Shown: one piece after another, positions 35,654 to 44,203 of the stretch
Layout: each line of letters begins with the position of its first letter
Numbering within the stretch: the stretch's first letter is position 1
NCBI GenBank assembly: GCA_030620045.1
Contig: JAUXAD010000002.1
Coordinates: 1-55,201, forward strand
Origin: an archaeon
Lineage (GTDB): Archaea; Nanobdellota; Nanobdellia; Pacearchaeales; GW2011-AR1
Direction: 5' to 3'
Length of the DNA: 55,201 nucleotides
The notes under the pieces: model-generated
What the model was told of the DNA's origin: nothing
Databases searched by the model: none
The model's input: the letters and a program-made list of their open reading frames with translations, nothing else
Program-made: the position numbers and the translations under genes

Positions 35654-36850
35654 TTATTTCTCTAAATAATCAATTTCCTCTTCTGTTAACTTAAGTTCTT
35701 TTCTTGCTTCTGGATTTTTTAGAATCTGTTTCATTATTGGAAATTCATTCATTGCACGCTTTTGTCCAACATGAACATATTGAGCATATTTTTTAGCGAT
35801 TGATTTCTTTTTCGCTGTTCTTTGATTATTAAGCCAAATTTTCAAAATTCTTGTAGATCTTTTATAACTTGTAAACCCTGTTTTAATATTTTGTTTTGAA
35901 GCTGAGATGCCATAACTTAAAAGAATGTTTTCATAAACCAGAAATCTCCAATATTGTTGTTTGTAAATTCTTCCTTTGAAAATATCTACTTTACTTAATG
36001 CATCAAAAGCTTTTGCAAGTTCTTCTCCTTGATATTCTGCAGGGATATTTTCTTCCATCCATAAGATTATTTCATCTATTGGCATTTTTACAGAATCAAA
36101 AAGTTTTAAGATACTATTTGTTGGCTTTCCCTTAAAAATCATTCTTAATGCGTTGAAAATATCTATTTCTTTGTTTCTTTCATCAAAAGTTATTAAAGAA
36201 GGATCTCTCATCCGTGATGTTGCATGCAAATCATTTATTGCTGCTCTTATGTCTCCTTTTGCTCTTATCGCAATACTTGTTAAAATGTTCAGGTTCATGA
36301 AGAGATTTTCTTTTCTTAAAATGTTAAGCATGATATCTTTAATTGTTTTGTAATCAATTTCTTTTAATTGAACAAGTTCTGATTTTTTTCTTAATGAACT
36401 TAATTTTTTGTTCCATACATCATTAGCAGTTATGATTATAGGGTAAGATGCAGATCCAATTAAATATAATAGTTCTAGAATTCCTCCTTTATCATAATAT
36501 CCGCTAATACCATCTACTTCATCCACCAAGATTATTTTTCCCTTTTTTGTTAATGATTTTTGTTCAATTGCTGGTTTAAGAATTTCTTGTAATTTGATTT
36601 TGTTTCTTACATCTGAAGCATTTAGTTCAAATATTTCTGAATCTATTTCATTGGCTATAACATGAGCTAAGGTTGTTTTACCTGTTCCAGGAGGTCCGTA
36701 GAGGAGCAGAGCTTTTTTTAATGGCTTTCCCACCCGCCCACCCGACAGTTTGAAGCTATTAGTAAAAGATTTTATTTTAGCAACAGCTTCATCTTGTCCT
36801 TTTACATCTTCAAAAATTTTAGGGCGGTATTTTTCAGTCCATGATTGCAT
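35654..36850 (-). CDS. rfcL: replication factor C large subunit
   Basis: WTEKYRP start, Walker [13 protein letters not shown] box, archaeal RFC-L size. Confidence 0.85.
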   Translation of the reverse strand: MQSWTEKYRPKIFEDVKGQDEAVAKIKSFTNSFKLSGGRVGKPLKKALLLYGPPGTGKTTLAHVIANEIDSEIFELNASDVRNKIKLQEILKPAIEQKSLTKKGKIILVDEVDGISGYYDKGGILELLYLIGSASYPIIITANDVWNKKLSSLRKKSELVQLKEIDYKTIKDIMLNILRKENLFMNLNILTSIAIRAKGDIRAAINDLHATSRMRDPSLITFDERNKEIDIFNALRMIFKGKPTNSILKLFDSVKMPIDEIILWMEENIPAEYQGEELAKAFDALSKVDIFKGRIYKQQYWRFLVYENILLSYGISASKQNIKTGFTSYKRSTRILKIWLNNQRTAKKKSIAKKYAQYVHVGQKRAMNEFPIMKQILKNPEARKELKLTEEEIDYLEK

Positions 36851-37256
36851 TTTCTTGTAAGTATTTTTTTAATACAGGGATTAATTGCATACCCTGATAA
36901 ACTTTGTTTATATCAAACCACCCTCCCTCTAAACATTCTTCTTTATCCACAAAATAGTCTTGCGATCTTGCTTTACAGAGAAAAATATAAAGATTTGCAG
37001 TTCTATTATTATCGCCCCTTCCAACAAAATTATCCAACATTCTTATTATTTCTATGTCCAAATCTGTTTCTTCTTTCGCCTCTCTTACAGCAGCTATTTC
37101 GATAGACTCATTTGATTCTCTTCTTCCTCCTGGAAAAGACCAATAATTTTCAAATGGTTTAAATCTCCTTTTAACTAAAAATATTTCATTATCATTTTTT
37201 ATTAAAGTTAATGCAATATCATTCATTTCATCCCTTCCCCAACCCTGCCAATACAA
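36834..37256 (-). CDS. NUDIX hydrolase
   Basis: Nudix box GGRRESNESIEIAAVREAKEETDL. Confidence 0.8.
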   Translation of the reverse strand: MYWQGWGRDEMNDIALTLIKNDNEIFLVKRRFKPFENYWSFPGGRRESNESIEIAAVREAKEETDLDIEIIRMLDNFVGRGDNNRTANLYIFLCKARSQDYFVDKEECLEGGWFDINKVYQGMQLIPVLKKYLQENAIMD

Positions 37257-38211
37257 AGCTTGCTAAAAGAGATTGTAGTTGAATAAATGGGTCGCTTCCT
37301 TCCACAATTCTAAATTCAGCTTCACCTGTTTTTTCAGTTAGTTTGACTTTTATCTCTGGTTCTACTGGTAAGTTCCAAATTTCTTTTTGGATGGCTTTAA
37401 TTACATCTTGCCCAGCGATGCTTTCTTTGAGCATGACATCAAGAAGTTTTTCTCTTGATTTCTGAAAATCTCCTGATAATGCATAATCCAGAACAATTTT
37501 GATGTCTTTTGGTTTTGCATTTGAAATCATTGTAGATACTAATTCAGCAGTTATGTTCGGACTTATAGATGCAGTTGACTGAAGTAAATTTGTTGCTCTT
37601 CTGCAATCTCCTTCACTTCCTTCATATATGATTTCTATTGCTTCGGGTGTTACTGAAATACTTTCTATTTCTATTATGCTTCTTAAATATTTTTCAATAT
37701 CTTTTTTTTCTAAAAGTTTGAATCTGAAAAGTGCACATCTTGATTGGATTGGATCTATAATTTTGCTTGAGTAATTGCAGGAAAGAATGAATCTGCATGT
37801 TGCTGAATAATTTTCCATAGTTCTTCGTAAGGCTTGTTGTGCTTCAGGCGTCAAGGCATCAGCCTCGTCTAGAAAGATTACTTTGAAAGTCACATCTCCT
37901 AATGATTTTGTTCTCGCAAAATTTTTCACTTTTTCTCTCACGACATTAATTCCTCTTTCATCAGAAGCATTTAACTCAAGATAATTTTCTTTCCAGTCTT
38001 TTTTGAAAAGTTCTTTTACGACTATTAATGCTAAAGTGGATTTTCCTGTTCCTGCTGGTCCTGCGAATAATAAATGGGGGATGTTTAAGGAATTTGTTAA
38101 TGATTGAACTCTTTTTACAATATCATCCTGACCAACTAGTTCAGAAAATTGAGAGGGCCTGAATTTTTCTGTCCAAATACTACTTATCATAATTAATTTA
38201 TTGGGAATCAA
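37228..38211 (-). CDS. rfcS: replication factor C small subunit
   Basis: WTEKFRP, GPAGTGKS, LDEADALT, SRC motif (IQSRCALFRF). Confidence 0.93.
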   Translation of the reverse strand: MIPNKLIMISSIWTEKFRPSQFSELVGQDDIVKRVQSLTNSLNIPHLLFAGPAGTGKSTLALIVVKELFKKDWKENYLELNASDERGINVVREKVKNFARTKSLGDVTFKVIFLDEADALTPEAQQALRRTMENYSATCRFILSCNYSSKIIDPIQSRCALFRFKLLEKKDIEKYLRSIIEIESISVTPEAIEIIYEGSEGDCRRATNLLQSTASISPNITAELVSTMISNAKPKDIKIVLDYALSGDFQKSREKLLDVMLKESIAGQDVIKAIQKEIWNLPVEPEIKVKLTEKTGEAEFRIVEGSDPFIQLQSLLASFVLAGLGKG

Positions 38212-38243
38212 TTAATAAAGATTGTTATGATTTAGAAGAAGAA

Positions 38244-38789
38244 TTATATCTTAAATCTGTATATCTTTCCTTGTTGAGGTACAAAATCTTCTTCCACTTG
38301 TAAGCCTCTTGCATATCTCTTAATTATTTGGACAGTATCAAAATGAGCAGATATTAATATATGTTTATAATCTCGCATTCTTGTTTCATCAAGAAAATCA
38401 TATATTCTTTGTAGTTCATTCTCAAGAGATTCTCCATCATTAAGTCTAACTTTTTCAGGATGTATTTCTTGTTCTTTTACAGCCATCCTTTGTTGTTCTT
38501 TATAGAAAGAATAAGTTTGACTTTCAACTCCAGAAACAAGATCATTAAGCCTTTTATCTCTTATTATGGGAATTTGATGATATTTGTTAATTATCTCTGC
38601 TGTCTCTATTGCTCTTGGAAATTCAGAAGTAAAAATAATTTCTAAGGGTATGTCTTTTACTGTTAAGGCTGCTTCTTCTATCTGCTGCCTTCCTAATTTT
38701 GTTAAATGAAATTGTTTAGAAGGATCTCCATTCATTATTTGATTCAAATTATGTTCTGCTTCGCCATGTCTTAAACAATATGTAATCAT
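38244..38789 (-). CDS. histidine phosphatase (phosphoglycerate mutase-like) family protein
   Basis: RHGEAEHN catalytic motif at the N-terminus, and a later SAH motif. Confidence 0.8.
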   Translation of the reverse strand: MITYCLRHGEAEHNLNQIMNGDPSKQFHLTKLGRQQIEEAALTVKDIPLEIIFTSEFPRAIETAEIINKYHQIPIIRDKRLNDLVSGVESQTYSFYKEQQRMAVKEQEIHPEKVRLNDGESLENELQRIYDFLDETRMRDYKHILISAHFDTVQIIKRYARGLQVEEDFVPQQGKIYRFKI

Positions 38790-38799
38790 CTTAAAAACC

Positions 38800-38877
38800 T
38801 TATTTGCTCCTAGCTTTTCTCAATTTCCTCTTGCGCTTTTCCTTTCTAAGTCTTTTACGCTGCCACTTCCAACGCAT
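38800..38877 (-). CDS. rpl41e: ribosomal protein eL41 (25 aa; not in the ORF track)
   Basis: Hand translation gives MRWKWQRKRLRKEKRKRKLRKARSK*. This closely parallels eukaryotic eL41 ([25 protein letters not shown]). An upstream in-frame ATG at 38916 would give 38 aa. Confidence 0.8.
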   Translation of the reverse strand: MRWKWQRKRLRKEKRKRKLRKARSK

Positions 38878-39034
38878 TTGCCTTTTTTTCTTCCATCTTC
38901 TTGATGAGCGTTTCATACTAATTCTTGATAATTTCAGTTTAAATATTTTTTCTTAATCTAGAGAATCCAGAAAACTTAAATATCATAAAAGTTAGTATAT
39001 TATACTTATTAATTTCAAAAATTAGTAAAAAAAG

Positions 39035-39505
39035 ATGGTGCGTATTCATAATTCAAGAAAAGTATATGTGTTTATTTATTTAATGATGATTCTTGTGGCT
39101 GGTCTTATAATCTACATAAAAGTTATGGAGTTGCCCTTGAATAAGTTTGCTTTGATGGGAGCAGTTTTGTTTATAGTACTAGGAATTCTTATCACAGAAA
39201 TTTGTAGAAAAAGGATTGGTTATGAGATTACGCCTCTTTATTTAGTACATCTTAAAGGAATTGTTTCAAGAAAATCTAAGAAAATCTTGCTTGAATCTAT
39301 AGTTGATATTGATTTGAATCAAAATTTATGGCAGAGATTGCTTGGTTATGGGAATATTGAGGTTCATGCTGCTTCTGGTGCTAACATTATTAAACTTAAA
39401 AATATTAATAAACCTGAGAAGTTTGTGGATCTTTTAGAAGCACAGGTGAATGAAATAATGAATAAAGGTCAGAAAAAAGCATTAAAGAAGAGGATTAAAG
39501 CATGA
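39035..39505 (+). CDS. bacterial-PH (DUF304/YdbT-like) membrane protein
   Basis: Two TM helices followed by a bPH-like region ending LLGYGNIEVHAASG. Confidence 0.55.
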   Translation: MVRIHNSRKVYVFIYLMMILVAGLIIYIKVMELPLNKFALMGAVLFIVLGILITEICRKRIGYEITPLYLVHLKGIVSRKSKKILLESIVDIDLNQNLWQRLLGYGNIEVHAASGANIIKLKNINKPEKFVDLLEAQVNEIMNKGQKKALKKRIKA

Positions 39506-40209
39506 CATTAAAAAGTCTTATAGGAAAAGAAGTTGATGTGTATAGTAAACACAAAAAAGCAATTATATTTGTGGTGTTCCTATTAGTAGTGTCCTCTCTT
39601 ACTTATTTTGCATTTTTTGAAGGCAAAATAACATCTAGGGTAATTGATTCAATTGGTTTTAGTAGTGAAATTAATCTGGAGAATTCGATAAATATTAGTG
39701 CAAATTTAATACAACCAGATGATTTGATTATCAAAGGTAAGATAGATAAAATAGAAATGAGAATAAATAAAATAGATGATTTTTTCTATGTGGGAAGGGA
39801 AAAATTTGACTTAGGCCAATTAAGTGAAACCTATATAGTTATATTTGATTATAATGGGGAATTGTCTTTTGATAAAGAAAATATTTTAAAATTAAAAGGG
39901 AAGTCATCTGAAGTTTTAATTAATGGTATTTCTGCTACTCCTACATCTGGTGATGACATGAAGATATATTTTGATGAGGATATTGGATATAAATTTTTGA
40001 AAGTAGATAATATTTTTCTTAATCCATTATCTTATACTACTTCTGGCTCAATAAATTTAAATGATGGGAAAATTAATATTAATATTAATGAAGAAGAAGT
40101 TAGGCTAGGAAAGTTTAGAGGAGATGTTGAAGTATATGGGGGAGAATTTAAGATTGAAGGGGGAACTGAAAAATTAGAAGTAGTTGGGATTTTAGATATA
40201 AAAATTTGA
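39502..40209 (+). CDS. hypothetical N-terminally anchored protein
   Basis: ATGA overlap with the upstream gene. One TM helix. Confidence 0.45.
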   Translation: MTLKSLIGKEVDVYSKHKKAIIFVVFLLVVSSLTYFAFFEGKITSRVIDSIGFSSEINLENSINISANLIQPDDLIIKGKIDKIEMRINKIDDFFYVGREKFDLGQLSETYIVIFDYNGELSFDKENILKLKGKSSEVLINGISATPTSGDDMKIYFDEDIGYKFLKVDNIFLNPLSYTTSGSINLNDGKINININEEEVRLGKFRGDVEVYGGEFKIEGGTEKLEVVGILDIKI

Positions 40210-40219
40210 TTTTGTTAAA

Positions 40220-41437
40220 TTAAATTCTTGTAAAACAAGGAATATTATTTTTTTCTAAAATTTGTTTGGCTTTTTTTATTGATTTTTCTCCGAGGAAAAA
40301 TGCGGTGATGTATTTTTTGTTTTGTTTTTTGAAATCAACAATGACTCGCGCTGTTTTTTCTGGCTCTGACATAGTTTGGGGAGTTAAAATAACAATGATT
40401 GAATTATCTTTTTTTATTTTTGAGTTATTCAATGCATCTTTATAATCTTCTGCTGAAGCTGTTCCTATTAAATCTATTGGTTTGTCGACGATATATCCTT
40501 GTTCTATAAGTAAATCTGTCATTAAAGCTCCTGCTCCTCCTGCATTTGTTATAATTATTATCTTTTTCTTTTTTTCTTTTATTTTGATTTTTTCTTTTTT
40601 GATATTAAATGCTTCGGATAAGGAATTTACTAATTTGACATGTGCTTGTTTAAATGCTCCTTTGTAAATTTCAAAATCTGTTGCTAAACTCCCTGTATGA
40701 CTTATTGTTGCCTTAGAACCTTTTTCTGTTTTTCCTGCTTTTATTGCAATTATTTCTTTTTTTGAATTTTTGCAAGCTTTAATAAATTCTTTTCCGTATT
40801 TTAGTTTCTCAATGTAGAGGATTATCTTCTTTGTTTTTTTGTCTTTGTTAAAATGATTGATGAAATCTGTGAAACTTAAGTCAGCCATGTTGCCTAAACT
40901 TACAAAGCCTGAAATTCCTTTTGAGAAATCTGCAATGTAGCTCCATAATGCTCCACTCTGGCTGATGAATGCTATGTCACCCTTTTTTACATGGCTTTTT
41001 GCAAAAGTCGTGTCTAAGTTTAAATAAGGGTTTGCTATTCCAAAACAATTTGGTCCAAGCAAGTTTATTTTATATTTTTTTGCAAGCTTAATTATTTCTT
41101 GCTCTAATTTTTTATTTCCTTTTTCTGAAAATCCTGCACTTATTACAATCACATTTTTTATTTGTTTATTTCCACAATCTTTTAAAATTTTTTTTACTAT
41201 TTTAGCAGGAATTGCAATTACAGCCAAATCTATTTTTTCAGGATATTTTGTTACAGATGGGTAAGTTTCTTTTCCAAGAATTTTTTTGTGTTTTATATTG
41301 ATTGGAATAATCTTTCCTTTAAAATTTGAGAGTTTTTTCATTAATACATTTCCTACTTTTTTTGAATTATTTGATGCTCCAACTACTGCAATTGTTTTTG
41401 GATTAAAGAAATTTTTTAATGATCCCTCTTTTTTCAT
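40220..41437 (-). CDS. acdA: acetate--CoA ligase (ADP-forming) alpha-type subunit (CoA-binding plus ligase-CoA domains)
   Basis: FNPKTIAVVGASNNSKKVGN CoA-binding start, GPNCFG, ISQSGA, phospho-His region SHTGSLA. Confidence 0.8.
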   Translation of the reverse strand: MKKEGSLKNFFNPKTIAVVGASNNSKKVGNVLMKKLSNFKGKIIPINIKHKKILGKETYPSVTKYPEKIDLAVIAIPAKIVKKILKDCGNKQIKNVIVISAGFSEKGNKKLEQEIIKLAKKYKINLLGPNCFGIANPYLNLDTTFAKSHVKKGDIAFISQSGALWSYIADFSKGISGFVSLGNMADLSFTDFINHFNKDKKTKKIILYIEKLKYGKEFIKACKNSKKEIIAIKAGKTEKGSKATISHTGSLATDFEIYKGAFKQAHVKLVNSLSEAFNIKKEKIKIKEKKKKIIIITNAGGAGALMTDLLIEQGYIVDKPIDLIGTASAEDYKDALNNSKIKKDNSIIVILTPQTMSEPEKTARVIVDFKKQNKKYITAFFLGEKSIKKAKQILEKNNIPCFTRI

Positions 41438-41483
41438 CTTGTTAATTCGAAAACTATATATAAATAGATTTCTTTTTTGACTT

Positions 41484-42092
41484 ATGAAAGTGTATACTGA
41501 AAAAGAGGCTGAGAAGTTTTTAGAGAAAAGAGGATTTGAAATTGTTAAAAGAGTTTATATTAAAAAAAAATTTAAGATTGAAAATGCAATAAAAAAAATT
41601 GATTTCCCTATTGTTATGAAGGTTTCTGGGAAAAAGATTATTCATAAAAATAAGGTTGGAGGGATTAAGTTAGGAATTAAGAGTTGTGAGGAGGCTATGA
41701 AAGCATTTAGGCAACTTGAGAAGATTAAGGGTTTTGAAGGAGTTATGATTCAAAAACAGATTAAAGGAAAAGAATTTTTATTAGGCATTAAGAAAACTCC
41801 TGAGTTTGAGCATGTTGTTGCTTTTGGTGCTGGGGGAATTTATACTGAAAAACTTAAAGATGTAAGTTTTAGAATTTGTGCCTTTGATAAAACAGAAGCA
41901 AGAGAAATGATTAAAGAAGTTAAAAAAGCTAAAGGATTAAATAAAGAAAATATTGATGTTATAGAAAAAAATTTAATCGCATTATGCCAGTTAATTAAAA
42001 AATATCCTGAAATAAAAGAGCTTGATATTAATCCATTAATTGTTGATAAAAAAGGAGCAATAATTGTTGATGCGCGGATTGTTTGGGAATAA
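41484..42092 (+). CDS. acdB: acetate--CoA ligase (ADP-forming) beta-type subunit (ATP-grasp)
   Basis: ATP-grasp_5-like (FPIVMKVSG...HKNKVGGIKLGI). ELDINPLIV at the C-terminus. Divergent from acdA. Confidence 0.75.
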   Translation: MKVYTEKEAEKFLEKRGFEIVKRVYIKKKFKIENAIKKIDFPIVMKVSGKKIIHKNKVGGIKLGIKSCEEAMKAFRQLEKIKGFEGVMIQKQIKGKEFLLGIKKTPEFEHVVAFGAGGIYTEKLKDVSFRICAFDKTEAREMIKEVKKAKGLNKENIDVIEKNLIALCQLIKKYPEIKELDINPLIVDKKGAIIVDARIVWE

Positions 42093-42093
42093 T

Positions 42094-42549
42094 TTATTTT
42101 TTCTTTAGGTAATATGTAAGAAGAATAACAGCAATAAGAAGGGCATTAATTATTGTAAATATTATCAGAGGATATATTGGAGGGATATTCAAGATTTTTA
42201 TTAATGGCCTGTAAAAAATTAGTAATCCAATTACTACAGCTAAAAAATCTGCTGTTAAAACAATTCCTGCTAAAATATCTTTTACTTTTCCTAATTCTTT
42301 ATTATGATTAGGAGATATGGCATTTATTACTCTTTCTATACAATTGTTAAATAATTCTAAAACTATTGCTAAAAAACATACAATGGAAATTATTATAAAA
42401 TCAATTTTTGATATTTTTAACAGAAAAGCACTTATGAGAACTATGAATCCAATCGCAAGATGAATCTTTGTATTTCTATCTTTAGAAATTCCAAGATAAA
42501 TTCCCTTTGTTGCAGCTACAAAACTTTCACCAAGGCTTGTCCGTGTCAT
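42094..42549 (-). CDS. diacylglycerol/undecaprenol kinase (DgkA-family) membrane protein
   Basis: Three TM helices. ELFNNCIERVINAISPNHNKELGKVKDILAGIVL resembles the DAGK_prokar signature. Confidence 0.55.
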   Translation of the reverse strand: MTRTSLGESFVAATKGIYLGISKDRNTKIHLAIGFIVLISAFLLKISKIDFIIISIVCFLAIVLELFNNCIERVINAISPNHNKELGKVKDILAGIVLTADFLAVVIGLLIFYRPLIKILNIPPIYPLIIFTIINALLIAVILLTYYLKKK

Positions 42550-42652
42550 TTTTATTTTTCAGAAATAAGGCTTCTGAGGAACCAGCACCTCTAAAATTGT
42601 TTTGTGTAATTAGTTTATAAAATTATTTGTTTTTAAAAATTTCCACTAATAC

Positions 42653-43351
42653 TTATCCCCTTAACTTTTTATCACTAACAATCAAACCATCTTTTAATTG
42701 TATTAATCGCGAAACATATCTGGTATGCCATGGTTCATGTGTCACCATTACAATAGTCTGCCCATATTTTTGATTCAGTTCCTTAAGAACTTCTAAAATT
42801 TGTTCAGATGTATGGGTGTCGAGATTTGCGCAAGGTTCATCTGCAAAAAGAATTTTTGGTTTTTTGGCAATGGCTCTAGCAACAGCAACTCTTTGTTTTT
42901 CTCCTCCAGAAAGTTCGTCAGGAACTCTTTTATCTTTATCCCCTAATCCTACTTTTGTTAATGCTTCATGAGCTTCCCCAATAGACTCTTTCTTATTTTT
43001 TCCTTCCATTAAAGAGAGAATGCTAATATTTTCAACTGCTGACATTTCCTTGATTAATGCATAATCTTGGAAAACATATCCTAATTGTGTTAATCTATAA
43101 TATGTTCTTTCTTCTTCTGGTAAATCAACTACATTAAGATTATTAATTATATATTCCCCCTTAGTTGGTTTGTCAATTAAACCAAGAATTCTTAACATTG
43201 TAGTTTTTCCACTACCGCTTGCACCCATAATAGCAATAAATTCTCCCTTTTGTATTTCAAATGAAACACCATTTAAGGCTTTCACTATAATTGAATCAGT
43301 TTTATAGTATCTTTCCAGATTTTTTATCTTGATTAATGTTTTTTCATCCAT
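42653..43351 (-). CDS. ABC transporter ATP-binding protein (MacB/LolD/FtsE-like)
   Basis: Walker A GASGSGKTT, Q-loop, signature LSGGEKQR, Walker B ILFADEP, H-loop VTHE. Confidence 0.92.
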   Translation of the reverse strand: MDEKTLIKIKNLERYYKTDSIIVKALNGVSFEIQKGEFIAIMGASGSGKTTMLRILGLIDKPTKGEYIINNLNVVDLPEEERTYYRLTQLGYVFQDYALIKEMSAVENISILSLMEGKNKKESIGEAHEALTKVGLGDKDKRVPDELSGGEKQRVAVARAIAKKPKILFADEPCANLDTHTSEQILEVLKELNQKYGQTIVMVTHEPWHTRYVSRLIQLKDGLIVSDKKLRG

Positions 43352-43380
43352 TTAGTTTAATCTCCTGAAGGAATTGTCGG

Positions 43381-43464
43381 CGCCCTGGCTGGGAATCGAA
43401 CCCAGAGGGTCTGGGGAGACCGGCTGTTTATTAGACAGCTGCCATACCATTAGGCGACCAGGGC
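43381..43464 (-). tRNA. class II (long variable arm) tRNA with discriminator G and apparent anticodon AAT
   Basis: Hand fold: acceptor GCCCTGG/CCAGGGC, D arm GCC-TAATGGTAT-GGC, anticodon stem GCTGT/ACAGC with loop CTAATAA. Variable arm GGTCT-CCCC-AGACC, T arm CTGGG-TTCGATT-CCCAG. Confidence 0.65.
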
Positions 43465-43569
43465 GCTTTCGACTTCCATTTACCAAAACCTTTAAATAGT
43501 TCTGACTATTAAAATCAATAAGATCTGGGGAGATTTTATACCATACTTTTAGGTGACTTTTTTTATTAA

Positions 43570-44202
43570 TCATTTTAATTTTTCCAAAAACTCTCTGATT
43601 AACTTCTTTTTTTCTATATTATTAACTTTTATTGAAGAAGCTTCATAGATTTTGCCAAATTTATTTAATTTCTTTTTAGTTTTCCAAAAAGGACCAACTT
43701 TTTTTAACCATTTAGGAATTTTATTTTTATTCAAATAAAAATAATCTAAAAATAAATCTGGTTTTTTAATTCCAAGTTTTTTTCTTAGATTATCTCTAAC
43801 AATTATTGGAGTATTTCCTGTAGGAGAATTATTTTCAATTATTAATATTTTATTCCCTTTAATTTGCTTTAAAGATTTGTCAACACTCATATTAAATCTC
43901 TTTTTTTTAAAAATTTCTTCATTTCTTCTTCCACACATAATATAGTGAATCTTCCAACCATCAGCTTCAAATAAGATAGTATAAGGTAAAGCTCCTCTTA
44001 ACACACATACAGCAGAATCATACTTTTTTTTATCAATTCTTTTTATCTGTTTCAAAACATGAACTGGAAACATTCCTGCTTTTTCATAATCCCTAGAAAT
44101 TCTATTAATAAATTTTTTAGAATCTTTCAGATAATATTTACTAAATTTCTTCCATCTTTCTTTTGTCTTTTTATCTAGTAGTTTAAATAATTTTTCATCC
44201 AT
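43570..44202 (-). CDS. hypothetical protein with phosphoribosyltransferase-like motif
   Basis: KILIIENNSPTGNT resembles the PRPP-binding loop (hydrophobic-DD..TGGT) but lacks the acidic pair. Starts 1 nt after the permease stop. Confidence 0.4.
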   Translation of the reverse strand: MDEKLFKLLDKKTKERWKKFSKYYLKDSKKFINRISRDYEKAGMFPVHVLKQIKRIDKKKYDSAVCVLRGALPYTILFEADGWKIHYIMCGRRNEEIFKKKRFNMSVDKSLKQIKGNKILIIENNSPTGNTPIIVRDNLRKKLGIKKPDLFLDYFYLNKNKIPKWLKKVGPFWKTKKKLNKFGKIYEASSIKVNNIEKKKLIREFLEKLK

Positions 44203-44203
44203 T

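Noticed and set aside
43352-43573. 73-aa minus-strand ORF
   Set aside because: It is occupied by the class II tRNA gene and its flanks.
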